A stretch of 64,000 bases of DNA from Bacteroidota bacterium. Lineage in GTDB: Bacteria > Bacteroidota > Bacteroidia > Bacteroidales > GCA-2748055. The stretch spans positions 4,689-68,688 of the forward strand of contig JBMOLL010000072.1 in assembly GCA_049325415.1 (NCBI GenBank), written 5' to 3'. The first letter of the stretch is position 1. Every line of letters begins with the position of its first letter. Both the position numbers and the translations under genes were made by a program. Shown here piece by piece: positions 38,613 through 48,071 of the stretch. A model generated the notes under the pieces. It saw nothing but the letters and a program-made list of their open reading frames with translations, ran no database searches and was not told where the DNA came from.

Positions 38613-39893
38613 ATGTTAACGGTTCCTTATATCAGGGAGAACAGGGATCATGTCCTTGAACGCCTAAAAATCAAACATTTTAAAAATCTTCATCTGATCG
38701 ATGATATTCTGGCCCTGGATGATGCGCGACGAAGCTCTCAGGCAGCTTCCAACACCCTTCAGTCGGAATTGAACCAGATCAGTGAGCAAATCGGTATCCT
38801 CTTTAAATCCGGCAAAAAAGAAGAAGCCGGTGCATTGAAGAACCGCACAGCCGAGCTGAAAGAAGAGCTGAGAATCCTGCTCGAAAAAAACGATGCCGCT
38901 TCCTCCCGGATGAATGAGCTGCTGGTGCTTGTACCAAATCTTCCGCATATTACAGTACCTGAAGGACATGGAGCCGAAGACAACCCGGTGGTCAGGGAGG
39001 GCGGAGTGATCCCCGTCCTGCCGGATAATGCAAAGCCCCACTGGGAACTTGCCGCACAGTACGACATCATCGATTTTGACCTCGGCGTAAAACTTACCGG
39101 CGCCGGTTTCCCTGTATTCAAGGGTAAAGGTGCCCGGCTACAACGTGCCCTGATCAACTTCTTCCTCGAAGAAAACACCCGTGCCGGATACCAGGAGGTG
39201 CTGCCACCCTTTATGGTGAATGAGGACTCGGGCTTTGGAACGGGACAGTTACCCGACAAGGAAGGGCAGATGTATCATGTCCAGACGGATAACTTTTACC
39301 TGATCCCGACGGCGGAAGTTCCTGTGACCAATATCTACAGGGATGTGATCCTTCCCGCCGAAGCGCTGCCCGTAAAAAACACGGCCTACACCCCCTGCTT
39401 CAGAAGAGAAGCCGGCTCGTACGGCAAGGATGTACGCGGGCTCAACAGGGTGCACCAGTTCGACAAGGTGGAGATCGTAAGCATCGCTCATCCCGACAAA
39501 TCCTATGACATCCTGGAGGAAATGGTTGATCACGTGGAATCTCTCGTGAAGAAACTGGGGCTCCCTTACCGTATTGTTAAGCTCTGTGGTGGGGATATGA
39601 GTTTCACCTCGGCCCTCACCTTTGATTTCGAGGTCTATTCGGCCGCGCAAAAACGCTGGCTGGAGGTCAGTTCGGTGTCTAATTTTGAGTCCTACCAGGC
39701 CAACCGGCTGAAGCTCCGTTACCGCGACCCCGAGAACAAAAAACCGGTACTCGCCCATACCCTGAACGGCAGCGCTCTTGCCTTACCCAGGATTGTGGCA
39801 GCCCTGCTGGAAAACAACCAGACCGAAAACGGTATCGTAATTCCGGAGATCCTAAGGCCCTTCACAGGTTTCGACCGGATCGCAGCCGAATAA
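38613..39893 (+). CDS. serS: Serine--tRNA ligase
   Basis: GTGQLP, LIPTAEVP, CFRREAGSYGKDVRGLNRVHQFDKVE, HTLNGSALA. Confidence 0.98.
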   Translation: MLTVPYIRENRDHVLERLKIKHFKNLHLIDDILALDDARRSSQAASNTLQSELNQISEQIGILFKSGKKEEAGALKNRTAELKEELRILLEKNDAASSRMNELLVLVPNLPHITVPEGHGAEDNPVVREGGVIPVLPDNAKPHWELAAQYDIIDFDLGVKLTGAGFPVFKGKGARLQRALINFFLEENTRAGYQEVLPPFMVNEDSGFGTGQLPDKEGQMYHVQTDNFYLIPTAEVPVTNIYRDVILPAEALPVKNTAYTPCFRREAGSYGKDVRGLNRVHQFDKVEIVSIAHPDKSYDILEEMVDHVESLVKKLGLPYRIVKLCGGDMSFTSALTFDFEVYSAAQKRWLEVSSVSNFESYQANRLKLRYRDPENKKPVLAHTLNGSALALPRIVAALLENNQTENGIVIPEILRPFTGFDRIAAE

Positions 39894-39902
39894 TTCCGGG
39901 TC

Positions 39903-40802
39903 ATGTCGCCGTCCCAGAAAAAGGCATACCTGCTGGCCCTGACAGCCGTCCTGTTCTGGGCCACGGTTCCCACAGCCTTTAAACTGGGGCTTCAGGAACA
40001 GAGCATCTATCAGCTTCTTTCCGGATCAAGCCTGGTATCCCTGCTCGTACTGGGGATTGCGGTACTTTTCCCGCAACGTAGGAAATTACTGCTGAAAATC
40101 ACCTGGAAAGATCTGCTTTTTTCTGCAGCCATGGGTTTGATTAATCCTTTCGTATACTATCTGGTATTATTCAAAGCCTATTCGCTGCTGCCAGCCCAGG
40201 TGGCCCAACCGCTGAACATGGTCTGGCCCCTTGTGCTGGTTCTGTTTTCCATTCCCGTCCTGAAACAGAAAATCGGTATCCGGAGCATTGCTGCTCTCCT
40301 TGTCAGTTTCGGAGGCGTGGTCCTGATTTCCCTTCAGGGTGGCAACCCGGCCGGTAACAGTGGAAACCTGACCGGGGTGTTACTTGCCCTGCTAACCTCT
40401 GTTATGTGGGCCCTGTACTGGGTTCTGAATGCGAGGGATCAGCAGGACAAAGTGCTGAGATTATTCCTGAATTTCCTGTTTGCGGCCCTGTATCTGGCCG
40501 CCGGCAGTTTTTTTATAAGTCCCGCCTTCCCCGTAAGCCTAAGGGGCTGGGAAACCGCCGGTTATGTCGGGGTTTTTGAGATGGGTCTTTCGTTTATTTT
40601 CTGGCTCCTTGCCCTTAAGTTTTCCGAAACCACCGACAAGGTGAGCAACCTGGTTTATATTGCACCTTTTTTAAACCTCTTATTCGTACATTTGATCCTG
40701 GGTGAAAGAATTTTCCTGACAACCATCGGAGGGATCATCCTGATTATTACGGGAATCCTCCTCCAAAATGTGAAGCGGAATGGAGAAAAACGAGCGGTCT
40801 GA
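39903..40802 (+). CDS. DMT/EamA family transporter
   Basis: About 10 TM segments, FWATVPTAFK, LLPAQVAQPLN. Confidence 0.88.
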   Translation: MSPSQKKAYLLALTAVLFWATVPTAFKLGLQEQSIYQLLSGSSLVSLLVLGIAVLFPQRRKLLLKITWKDLLFSAAMGLINPFVYYLVLFKAYSLLPAQVAQPLNMVWPLVLVLFSIPVLKQKIGIRSIAALLVSFGGVVLISLQGGNPAGNSGNLTGVLLALLTSVMWALYWVLNARDQQDKVLRLFLNFLFAALYLAAGSFFISPAFPVSLRGWETAGYVGVFEMGLSFIFWLLALKFSETTDKVSNLVYIAPFLNLLFVHLILGERIFLTTIGGIILIITGILLQNVKRNGEKRAV

Positions 40803-41349
40803 AAAAGTCATCCTGGGTATTGACCCCGGCACAACTATCCTGGGTTTCGGCGTCATCGGTACGGCAGGAAAAAAACCGGTTCTGATCGAAATGGGTATCG
40901 TGGACCTTCGGAAAGTCAGCGATCCCTATATGAAACTGCGCAGGATCCACGAATCGGTGACCCGCCTTATCGACCAGTACCTCCCCGATGAGATGGCCAT
41001 TGAAGCGCCGTTTTTCGGAAAAAACGTTCAGTCCATGCTCAAGCTTGGACGGGCACAGGGCGTTGCCATTGCTGCTGCCATTTCTCATTCAGTGCCGGTG
41101 GCCGAATACGCCCCCAGGAAAGTTAAAATGGCGATTACAGGGGTGGGTTCTGCATCGAAGGAGCAGGTAGCGGCCATGCTGGGTTCCATGTTCGGCAGTG
41201 ATATGAGCGGGCAACGACTCGACGCCACAGACGGGCTGGCAACAGCAGTATGCCACTTTTACCAGAAAGGTGTTCCGGGAAAAGCCACGGGTGCTAAAAA
41301 CTGGTCGGATTTCGTGAAAAAGAATCCCGGAAGGGTTGCCGGAAAATAA
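40780..41349 (+). CDS. ruvC: Holliday junction resolvase RuvC
   Basis: ILGIDPG, AIEAPF, KLGRAQG, KEQV, DATDGLA. Confidence 0.96.
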   Translation: MEKNERSEKVILGIDPGTTILGFGVIGTAGKKPVLIEMGIVDLRKVSDPYMKLRRIHESVTRLIDQYLPDEMAIEAPFFGKNVQSMLKLGRAQGVAIAAAISHSVPVAEYAPRKVKMAITGVGSASKEQVAAMLGSMFGSDMSGQRLDATDGLATAVCHFYQKGVPGKATGAKNWSDFVKKNPGRVAGK

Positions 41350-41745
41350 TCATTCCATTGCCGAACTGATCAGTCCGGCGATCTTCCTGAACTCCTCGGG
41401 AGAAAACTTCAGCTTGGGTTTGCTGAAATCAATATCATGGATCCCCCTGATGGGTACCAGGTGAATATGGGCATGTGCGACTTCCAGGCCGATAACCGCT
41501 ATGCCGATCCTCTTTCCATCCATGGTTTTATCCATGGCCCTGGCTACTTTTTTGGCAAAGATCATCATGTCGGCAAGAAGCTGATCGTCCATGTCAAAAA
41601 TATAGTCGACCTCCGTCTTGGGGATGACAAGTGTATGGCCCTTGGCCAGCGGATTGATATCCAGAAAAGCCAGAAAGCGGTCGTCCTCCGCAACTTTCCA
41701 GGAGGGAATTTCACCGCTGACAATTTTACTGAAGATGCTTGCCAT
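41350..41745 (-). CDS. HIT family protein
   Basis: IFSKIVSGEIP, AFLDINP..GHTLVIPK, HAHIH. Confidence 0.94.
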   Translation of the reverse strand: MASIFSKIVSGEIPSWKVAEDDRFLAFLDINPLAKGHTLVIPKTEVDYIFDMDDQLLADMMIFAKKVARAMDKTMDGKRIGIAVIGLEVAHAHIHLVPIRGIHDIDFSKPKLKFSPEEFRKIAGLISSAME

Positions 41746-41756
41746 ATGAAAGGATT

Positions 41757-42230
41757 TTAGAGGGATATCTCCATAATCTCAAAAGACATGATCCCCGAAG
41801 GAACCTTGATGTCGACAACATCACCCACTTTCTTGCCCAGCAAACCACGTGCAATGGGCGTATCAACGGAGATCTTGGCGGCCTTAAGGTCGGCTTCTCC
41901 CTCCGATACAATCATGTACTGCACGACCTGATTATTCTTGGTGTTTTTGATTTTAACCCTGTTCAGTATCTGTACGGTATGTGTGTCGATACGCGATTCA
42001 TCGATGATCCTGGCATTGGCAATCATATCCTCCAGCCTGGAGATCTTCATCTCAAGCATGCCCTGAGCTTCCTTCGCAGCATCGTATTCTGCATTTTCCG
42101 ACAGATCACCTTTATCCCTGGCCTCGGCTATCTGCCTGGAAATCTCGGGACGTTCAATCAGCACCAGCTGATCCAGTTCCCTCTTCAGGTTAGCCAGACC
42201 TTCCGCTGTAATATAAGAGACTTTCGACAT
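41757..42230 (-). CDS. greA: Transcription elongation factor GreA
   Basis: GDLSENAEYDAAK, PIARGLLGK; start placed at MSKVSY. Confidence 0.96.
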   Translation of the reverse strand: MSKVSYITAEGLANLKRELDQLVLIERPEISRQIAEARDKGDLSENAEYDAAKEAQGMLEMKISRLEDMIANARIIDESRIDTHTVQILNRVKIKNTKNNQVVQYMIVSEGEADLKAAKISVDTPIARGLLGKKVGDVVDIKVPSGIMSFEIMEISL

Positions 42231-42261
42231 AGTCTTTACCTCCTTTAAATAACTCAATATA

Positions 42262-42309
42262 AATAAAAAAGAATTCCGCAAACAGGAACTCTTTATCTCT
42301 GCAAAGGTA
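42262..42309 (-). promoter_or_regulatory. greA promoter box immediately followed by a terminator-like hairpin
   Basis: TACCTTTG (42309-42302), then AAAGAGTTCC-loop-GGAATTCTTT and a T-rich tail. Confidence 0.6.
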
Positions 42310-42317
42310 CAAAAAAA

Positions 42318-42827
42318 TCAATACTCCCGTCTCCGGAGTATTTCCGAATAGATTATGGCTCTGGTAATATCAAAATGTTCACCAACCATGGCCGGATCAA
42401 CACCCGGAGCATCATCATCAAGTTCAATGATCTCGATAGGCTCCGTCACCCGAATTCCCTCCCTTTCCAGAAGTGGCTTGTTGCTTTCACTCTCAGGATT
42501 ATAAATTCCTTCATAGGCACTGAAAGCAGAGACAAAGGATTCGGAAATTGTTTCCGGTTGTTCTTCCATTTCTTCTTCCACTCGGTTCATTTCGATCCAC
42601 GAGGGCTCCTCCCTGACCGGGGTCTCTTCTACGTTTTCACGACGGGCTTCCACACCCAGATCCTCCAGGTTTACACCCAGTTGCTCCAGGAAGGTCGCTG
42701 CCGGTGCTGATGGCCGTGCGCTATTGCCGGAGGGTGCCGCAGGCTTTTTCTTCTTCCCGGCAATTCCCGCAACGATAGCAACAATCGTCACCAGGATATA
42801 AAGTATATTTCCAAGATCAAAGTCCAT
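42318..42827 (-). CDS. Hypothetical protein with an N-terminal membrane anchor
   Basis: N-terminal TM followed by KKKK, acidic middle, C-terminal RAIIYSEIL.R.Y motif. Confidence 0.75.
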   Translation of the reverse strand: MDFDLGNILYILVTIVAIVAGIAGKKKKPAAPSGNSARPSAPAATFLEQLGVNLEDLGVEARRENVEETPVREEPSWIEMNRVEEEMEEQPETISESFVSAFSAYEGIYNPESESNKPLLEREGIRVTEPIEIIELDDDAPGVDPAMVGEHFDITRAIIYSEILRRREY

Positions 42828-42931
42828 GATTAAGTGTGGTCCGGATACAATAAAAACGATATCAGGGAGTTAAAATTACAAAAAAAAGTGAAAAATGTAC
42901 ACTTTGTCTTACCTTTGAACAAATATTTTTC

Positions 42932-43366
42932 ATGCGCCGGCTATTCCTGTTCCTCTTTTTTATGACCCTTTCCGTGGTGGTTTCCACCACCTGTGAAACA
43001 AATTGCCGGAAACTGGCTCCCTATGTTACAGTCAATATCAACCTTACCTTATATGGCAGCGAACTGACCAAGCTTGGACCAGGTCAATCTATTACCATCG
43101 ACGGAGGTGTTAATGGTATTATTATCTATCGAGATTTTGATGATAACTATTTTGCGTTTGATCGGACCTGCCCTCAGTGGCCCGACCACGATGTGGCAGT
43201 AGAGAAGGATGAAGACTGGGAAGAATTCTACAGCTGCCCAGAGTGTCAGTCTAAGTTTTACCTGGTCTACGATGGTCAACCCTTCGATGATTCAGGTCCG
43301 GCGAGATGTCCGCTGGTCCGGTACAATACCTATGTCGAAGGACTGATACTTCACATCTACAACTGA
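42932..43366 (+). CDS. Exported Rieske-fold-like protein, probable lipoprotein
   Basis: Signal peptide with Cys; GVNGIIIYR, AFDRTCP, CPECQSKF, GPA..PL..Y; TACCTTTG box at 42910-42917. Confidence 0.7.
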   Translation: MRRLFLFLFFMTLSVVVSTTCETNCRKLAPYVTVNINLTLYGSELTKLGPGQSITIDGGVNGIIIYRDFDDNYFAFDRTCPQWPDHDVAVEKDEDWEEFYSCPECQSKFYLVYDGQPFDDSGPARCPLVRYNTYVEGLILHIYN

Positions 43367-43462
43367 AGCACTTATACGATCCCCTAACCTGTTTTCTCCC
43401 CGGCCCTCAGATCCTACGTGGCCCGGACAGGTACAGCCTGTAAAAGAACAATTGTTCCTGAC

Positions 43463-43491
43463 AAAAAAGGGCCGGCTTTAAGTGCCGGCCC
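43463..43491 (-). terminator. Intrinsic terminator after ahcY
   Basis: GGGCCGGC/GCCGGCCC stem followed by T6 on the minus strand. Confidence 0.85.
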
Positions 43492-43515
43492 CTCAGTAGT
43501 TTTATCCCTTATTGC

Positions 43516-44937
43516 TCAATACCGGTAGTGAGCGGGCTTATAAGGTCCTTCAACCTTAACCCCGATGTATTCGGCCTGGGATTTTGTAAGTTTGGTCAGC
43601 TTCACACCAAGCTGCTCCAGATGCAGACGGGCTACCTCTTCATCAAGATGCTTGGGAAGCATGTAAACGCCAAGCTCATATTTATTGGTCCAGAGTTCAA
43701 GCTGCGCCAGGGTCTGGTTGGAGAAGGAGTTGCTCATGACAAACGAGGGATGGCCAGTGGCACAACCAAGGTTGACAAGACGTCCTTCAGCCAGCAGGAA
43801 GATGGCATGACCATCGTCAAAAATATATTTATCGACCTGGGGTTTGATATTCAGCTTACGGATACCCTTCCAGTTCTCAAGCCGGTCGACCTGGATCTCG
43901 TTATCGAAATGACCGATGTTGCAAACGATAGCCTGATCCTTCATGGCAGCCATATGCTCGGCGGTAATGATATCGCGGTTTCCGGTGGCGGTAACAAAAA
44001 TATTACCTTCCTGGATGGCTTCATCAACCGTGGTTACCTGGAAGCCTTCCATGGCTGCCTGCAGGGCACAAATCGGATCAATCTCGGTTACAATAACCCT
44101 TGCCCCATAGGAACGCATGGAGTGGGCACAACCTTTACCGACATCCCCGTATCCGCAAACAACCACCACCTTACCGGCAACCATCACATCGGTGGCACGC
44201 TTGATACCGTCGGCCAGCGATTCACGGCAGCCATAAAGGTTATCAAACTTCGATTTGGTCACAGAGTCGTTCACATTGATGGCCGGGAAAAGAAGTTTGC
44301 CTTCCTCCAGCATCTGGTACAGGCGGTGAACACCGGTTGTGGTCTCCTCCGACACGCCCCTGATACCGGGAACGATCCGGTGCCACTTTCCCTTATCTTC
44401 TTCCAGGATCCCTTTCAGGGTCTGGTATATAATCATTTCTTCCTTTGATCCCGGAGTCACATCCAGTACGGATGCATCATTCTCGGCTTCATATCCCTTA
44501 TGGATCAGGAGAGTGGCGTCTCCACCGTCATCTACAAGAATATTGGGGCCTTTCCCACCCGGAAAATTAAGCGCCTGTGCGGTGCACCACCAGTACTCCT
44601 CAAGTGTTTCACCCTTCCAGGCGAAAACCGGGATACCGGCAGCAGCAATGGCTGAAGCAGCATGATCCTGTGTGGAAAATATATTACAACTTGCCCATCT
44701 TACATCGGCACCAAGCTCAGCAAGGGTCTCAATAAGGACAGCAGTCTGAATGGTCATATGGAGTGACCCGGTAATCCTGGCACCCTTCAACGGTTTCTGA
44801 GCAGAATACTTCCTGCGGATAGCCATCAGTCCCGGCATCTCCTTTTCTGCGATTTCGATCTCTTTCCGGCCAAACTCAGCAAGTTGAATATCCTTCACCT
44901 TGTAAGGCAATACTTCCGTAAATGTTGCTGTATCCAT
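43516..44937 (-). CDS. ahcY: Adenosylhomocysteinase
   Basis: [52 protein letters not shown]; TATCTTTG box at 44959-44966. Confidence 0.98.
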   Translation of the reverse strand: MDTATFTEVLPYKVKDIQLAEFGRKEIEIAEKEMPGLMAIRRKYSAQKPLKGARITGSLHMTIQTAVLIETLAELGADVRWASCNIFSTQDHAASAIAAAGIPVFAWKGETLEEYWWCTAQALNFPGGKGPNILVDDGGDATLLIHKGYEAENDASVLDVTPGSKEEMIIYQTLKGILEEDKGKWHRIVPGIRGVSEETTTGVHRLYQMLEEGKLLFPAINVNDSVTKSKFDNLYGCRESLADGIKRATDVMVAGKVVVVCGYGDVGKGCAHSMRSYGARVIVTEIDPICALQAAMEGFQVTTVDEAIQEGNIFVTATGNRDIITAEHMAAMKDQAIVCNIGHFDNEIQVDRLENWKGIRKLNIKPQVDKYIFDDGHAIFLLAEGRLVNLGCATGHPSFVMSNSFSNQTLAQLELWTNKYELGVYMLPKHLDEEVARLHLEQLGVKLTKLTKSQAEYIGVKVEGPYKPAHYRY

Positions 44938-45000
44938 ATCTAAATTTTAATTGAGTTGCAAAGATAATCAAATTTTACTAACGATTGTATTGTGTATCAA

Positions 45001-45933
45001 TTATTTATATATCAGTCTTTTAACGGTTTCGCGGTCTGTTTCAAGCTGCTTCCTTAGCTCATCTATTCCGCTGAATTTCATTTCATTCCGGATCCTTTTC
45101 CTGAAGTGGATCGTGACTTCCTCTCCATACAGGTCGCCTTCAAAATCAAAGAGATGCACCTCAATTGTCTTCACCGGGGAAGCGCTGTCGATGGTGGGCC
45201 GGTAGCCGATATTCAGCATGCCTGTGTAGGTCGTTCCCCGGTGATCCAGTTGTACCGCATATACCCCGTCGGGCGGGATCAGTTTATAGGGATCGAGGGG
45301 ATGCACATTTGCCGTGGGAAAACCAATGGTACGACCGATGCGGTGGCCATCGACAACCTTTCCTGTAAGATAGTAATCATAACCCAGCATGGCTGTAGCG
45401 GCCGGCAAATCACCAGCCAGGAGCCTTTCCCTGATACTGGTCGAGTTGACCTTCAACCCGCTTCCCGTGAACTCGGGGAGCTTACTGATGCTGAACCCGT
45501 TTATCCTGCTGCAGTGAGCCAGCCCCTCCGGGTCACCCTTACGGTCTTTCCCGAACCGGTTATCGTAACCGATCATCAGCTCCTTCATACGGAAAGTTTT
45601 CACCAGGTATTCGGAAACAAATTCACAGGCCGAGAGTCCGGCCACTTCCGGGGTAAAGGGTATGATAAGCAGATAATCAATCCCCAGTTCCGCCAGTTTC
45701 CTGATTTTCTCCTCGCGGGAATGCAACAGGCGAAAATTCCACAGATCCTTATCCAGCACGATTCGGGGGTGCGGCCAAAGGGTAACCACCACGGAACTGC
45801 CACCGATTTCAGCTGCGCGCTCCCTGAGTGCATCAAGAATAAACCGGTGGCCGAGATGCACACCATCGAAGGTGCCTATGGTTACCACAGGATCCGGTAT
45901 ACTTACTTGTTCGGAAATTTGCTGTACCTTCAT
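45001..45933 (-). CDS. ribF: Bifunctional riboflavin kinase/FAD synthetase
   Basis: GTFDGVHLGH, NSTSIR, GRTIGFPTAN, NIGYRPT, IEVH. Confidence 0.96.
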   Translation of the reverse strand: MKVQQISEQVSIPDPVVTIGTFDGVHLGHRFILDALRERAAEIGGSSVVVTLWPHPRIVLDKDLWNFRLLHSREEKIRKLAELGIDYLLIIPFTPEVAGLSACEFVSEYLVKTFRMKELMIGYDNRFGKDRKGDPEGLAHCSRINGFSISKLPEFTGSGLKVNSTSIRERLLAGDLPAATAMLGYDYYLTGKVVDGHRIGRTIGFPTANVHPLDPYKLIPPDGVYAVQLDHRGTTYTGMLNIGYRPTIDSASPVKTIEVHLFDFEGDLYGEEVTIHFRKRIRNEMKFSGIDELRKQLETDRETVKRLIYK

Positions 45934-46055
45934 ATCCGGAAGATGGATTTCGCGGACAAATTTAATAATTTTACCATGGGTTCAATCCCGGTCTGCATAC
46001 AGGAGCCCAAAGCGCTTGATTCATTCTGACTAATTAACGATAACAAAAAAAAGCA

Positions 46056-48068
46056 ATGAATGTTCCCGGAATTATCGTTAACGATCCCTGGCTGAAGCCG
46101 TTCGGGGATATAATTGTATCAAGGCAGGAAAAAATCCTGGCGAAGATCAGCCGCTTATCGGGCGGCAGTGGCGATCTTTCATCCTTTGCAAGCGGCCACC
46201 TCTATTTCGGAATTCACCGGACGGATGAAGCCTGGATTTTCCGGGAATGGGCACCAAATGCAAGCAGCATAAGCCTGATCGGTGAGTTCAACAACTGGCA
46301 GCCCGATCCTTCGCATGCCTTCAGCAAAGTGAAAAACGGGGAATGGGAACTTATCCTTCCCCTGGCAGCCGTCAGACACGGACAGCGGTACAAGCTGCGG
46401 ATGACCTGGCCCGGTGGCGGAGGTGACCGGATCCCGGCCTGGGCCAGCCGGCTATACCAGAACGAACAAAGCAAAGCTTTCGACGCCGTGGTCTGGAGCC
46501 CTCCCGAACCCTATCATTTCGGGCAGGCCCGGCCTTCTCTGGAAGGCTTCAGCCCGGTGATCTATGAAGCTCACATAGGTATGGGAACGGAGGAGGAAAA
46601 AGTTGGCTCCTTCAACGAGTTTCGTGAAAAGGTTCTGCCCAGGATCGTCAGGGCAGGCTATAATACCCTGCAGCTGATGGCCATCCAGGAACATCCCTAT
46701 TACGGCTCATTTGGTTACCACGTTTCCAGCTTTTTTGCCGTAAGTTCCCGTTTCGGTACTCCCGACGACCTGAAGGCCCTGATCGACGAGGCACATGGCC
46801 ACGGACTGGCCGTTATTATGGACCTTGTCCATTCCCATGCCGTAAAGAATGAACTGGAAGGCCTGGGCAACTTTGCCGGTGATCCGGGGCAGTTCTTTCA
46901 TACCGGGGGAAGGCGGGAACACGTGGCCTGGGATTCTTTATGTTTTGATTACGGCAACGACCAGGTGATCCATTTTCTTCTTTCTAATATCGCCTGGTGG
47001 CTGACTGAATACCAATTTGATGGCTTCCGTTTCGACGGCATTACCAGTATGCTCTATTTTGATCACGGCCTTGGTAAGAGTTTTTCCGGCTATGAGATGT
47101 ATTTTGACGGACAGCAGGACGAAGACGCCATCATCTATCTGGCCATGGCCAACCTCCTCTGCCACCAGCTAAGGAAAGACGCGATTACAATTGCAGAGGA
47201 TATGAGCGGATATCCGGGCCTGGCGACACCCTGCAACCAGGGAGGACTGGGATTTAACTACCGGCTCGCCATGGGGATCCCCGATTACTGGATCAAAACC
47301 ATCAAGGAACGGTCCGACGAGAACTGGAACATGGGCGAGCTCTATCATGAACTGACTTCCCGTCGGAGCGATGAAAAAACAGTGGCCTACGCTGAATCCC
47401 ACGACCAGGCACTTGTTGGTGATAAAACCATCATATTCAGGCTGATGGATAAGGAGATGTATTTCAGCATGAGTAAGACAACGAACAGCCTGGTGGTCGA
47501 CAGGGGCATTGCCCTGCATAAAATGATCAGGCTGATTACCATTTCCACCGCCGGAAACGGCTATCTGAATTTCATGGGAAATGAATTCGGTCACCCCGAA
47601 TGGATCGACTTCCCACGGGAAGGAAATAACTGGTCGTACAAATACGCCCGCAGGCAGTGGAGCCTGACCGATAACCCAGACCTGAAATATCACTGGCTGG
47701 CTGATTTCGACCGGGAAATGATCAGATTTATCCTCCGGGCTGGCATTCTGGGGACCGACTGTGAATTTTCACGGGCCGATCAGAATGATCTTGTCATTGC
47801 TTTCGAGCGTAACGGCTACGTCTTTGCCTTTAATTTCCACCCTTCCAAATCGTATACCGGTTATGGGATCGCTGTAAGGGCCGGAAAATACAAAACTGTG
47901 TTATCGACCGACGATACCGCTTTTGGAGGCTATGACCGGATTGACAGATCGACCATCCACCGGACCTTTCCGGAAAAAAGCTTCGGACTCCGGCAAAAAC
48001 TGAACCTGTACCTGCCCTCCCGGACAGGCCAGGTGCTGAAGCATGAACCGATCCCGAAGGTCAGGTAG
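46056..48068 (+). CDS. glgB: 1,4-alpha-glucan branching enzyme (GH13_8 type)
   Basis: FREWAPNA, IYEAHIGM, EHPYYGSFGYHV, DLVHSH, FDGFRFDG, IAED, YAESHDQ, FMGNEFGHPEWIDFP. Confidence 0.95.
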   Translation: MNVPGIIVNDPWLKPFGDIIVSRQEKILAKISRLSGGSGDLSSFASGHLYFGIHRTDEAWIFREWAPNASSISLIGEFNNWQPDPSHAFSKVKNGEWELILPLAAVRHGQRYKLRMTWPGGGGDRIPAWASRLYQNEQSKAFDAVVWSPPEPYHFGQARPSLEGFSPVIYEAHIGMGTEEEKVGSFNEFREKVLPRIVRAGYNTLQLMAIQEHPYYGSFGYHVSSFFAVSSRFGTPDDLKALIDEAHGHGLAVIMDLVHSHAVKNELEGLGNFAGDPGQFFHTGGRREHVAWDSLCFDYGNDQVIHFLLSNIAWWLTEYQFDGFRFDGITSMLYFDHGLGKSFSGYEMYFDGQQDEDAIIYLAMANLLCHQLRKDAITIAEDMSGYPGLATPCNQGGLGFNYRLAMGIPDYWIKTIKERSDENWNMGELYHELTSRRSDEKTVAYAESHDQALVGDKTIIFRLMDKEMYFSMSKTTNSLVVDRGIALHKMIRLITISTAGNGYLNFMGNEFGHPEWIDFPREGNNWSYKYARRQWSLTDNPDLKYHWLADFDREMIRFILRAGILGTDCEFSRADQNDLVIAFERNGYVFAFNFHPSKSYTGYGIAVRAGKYKTVLSTDDTAFGGYDRIDRSTIHRTFPEKSFGLRQKLNLYLPSRTGQVLKHEPIPKVR

Positions 48069-48071
48069 GGA

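Noticed and set aside
43528-44448. 306-aa plus-strand ORF, and similar ones at 4277-5350, 6023-6928, 14536-15633 and 45106-46029
   Set aside because: All are antisense to well-supported genes and show no domain signal.
44938-45000. SAH/SAM riboswitch upstream of ahcY
   Set aside because: The -7 box is only about 21 nt from the ATG, leaving no room for an aptamer.
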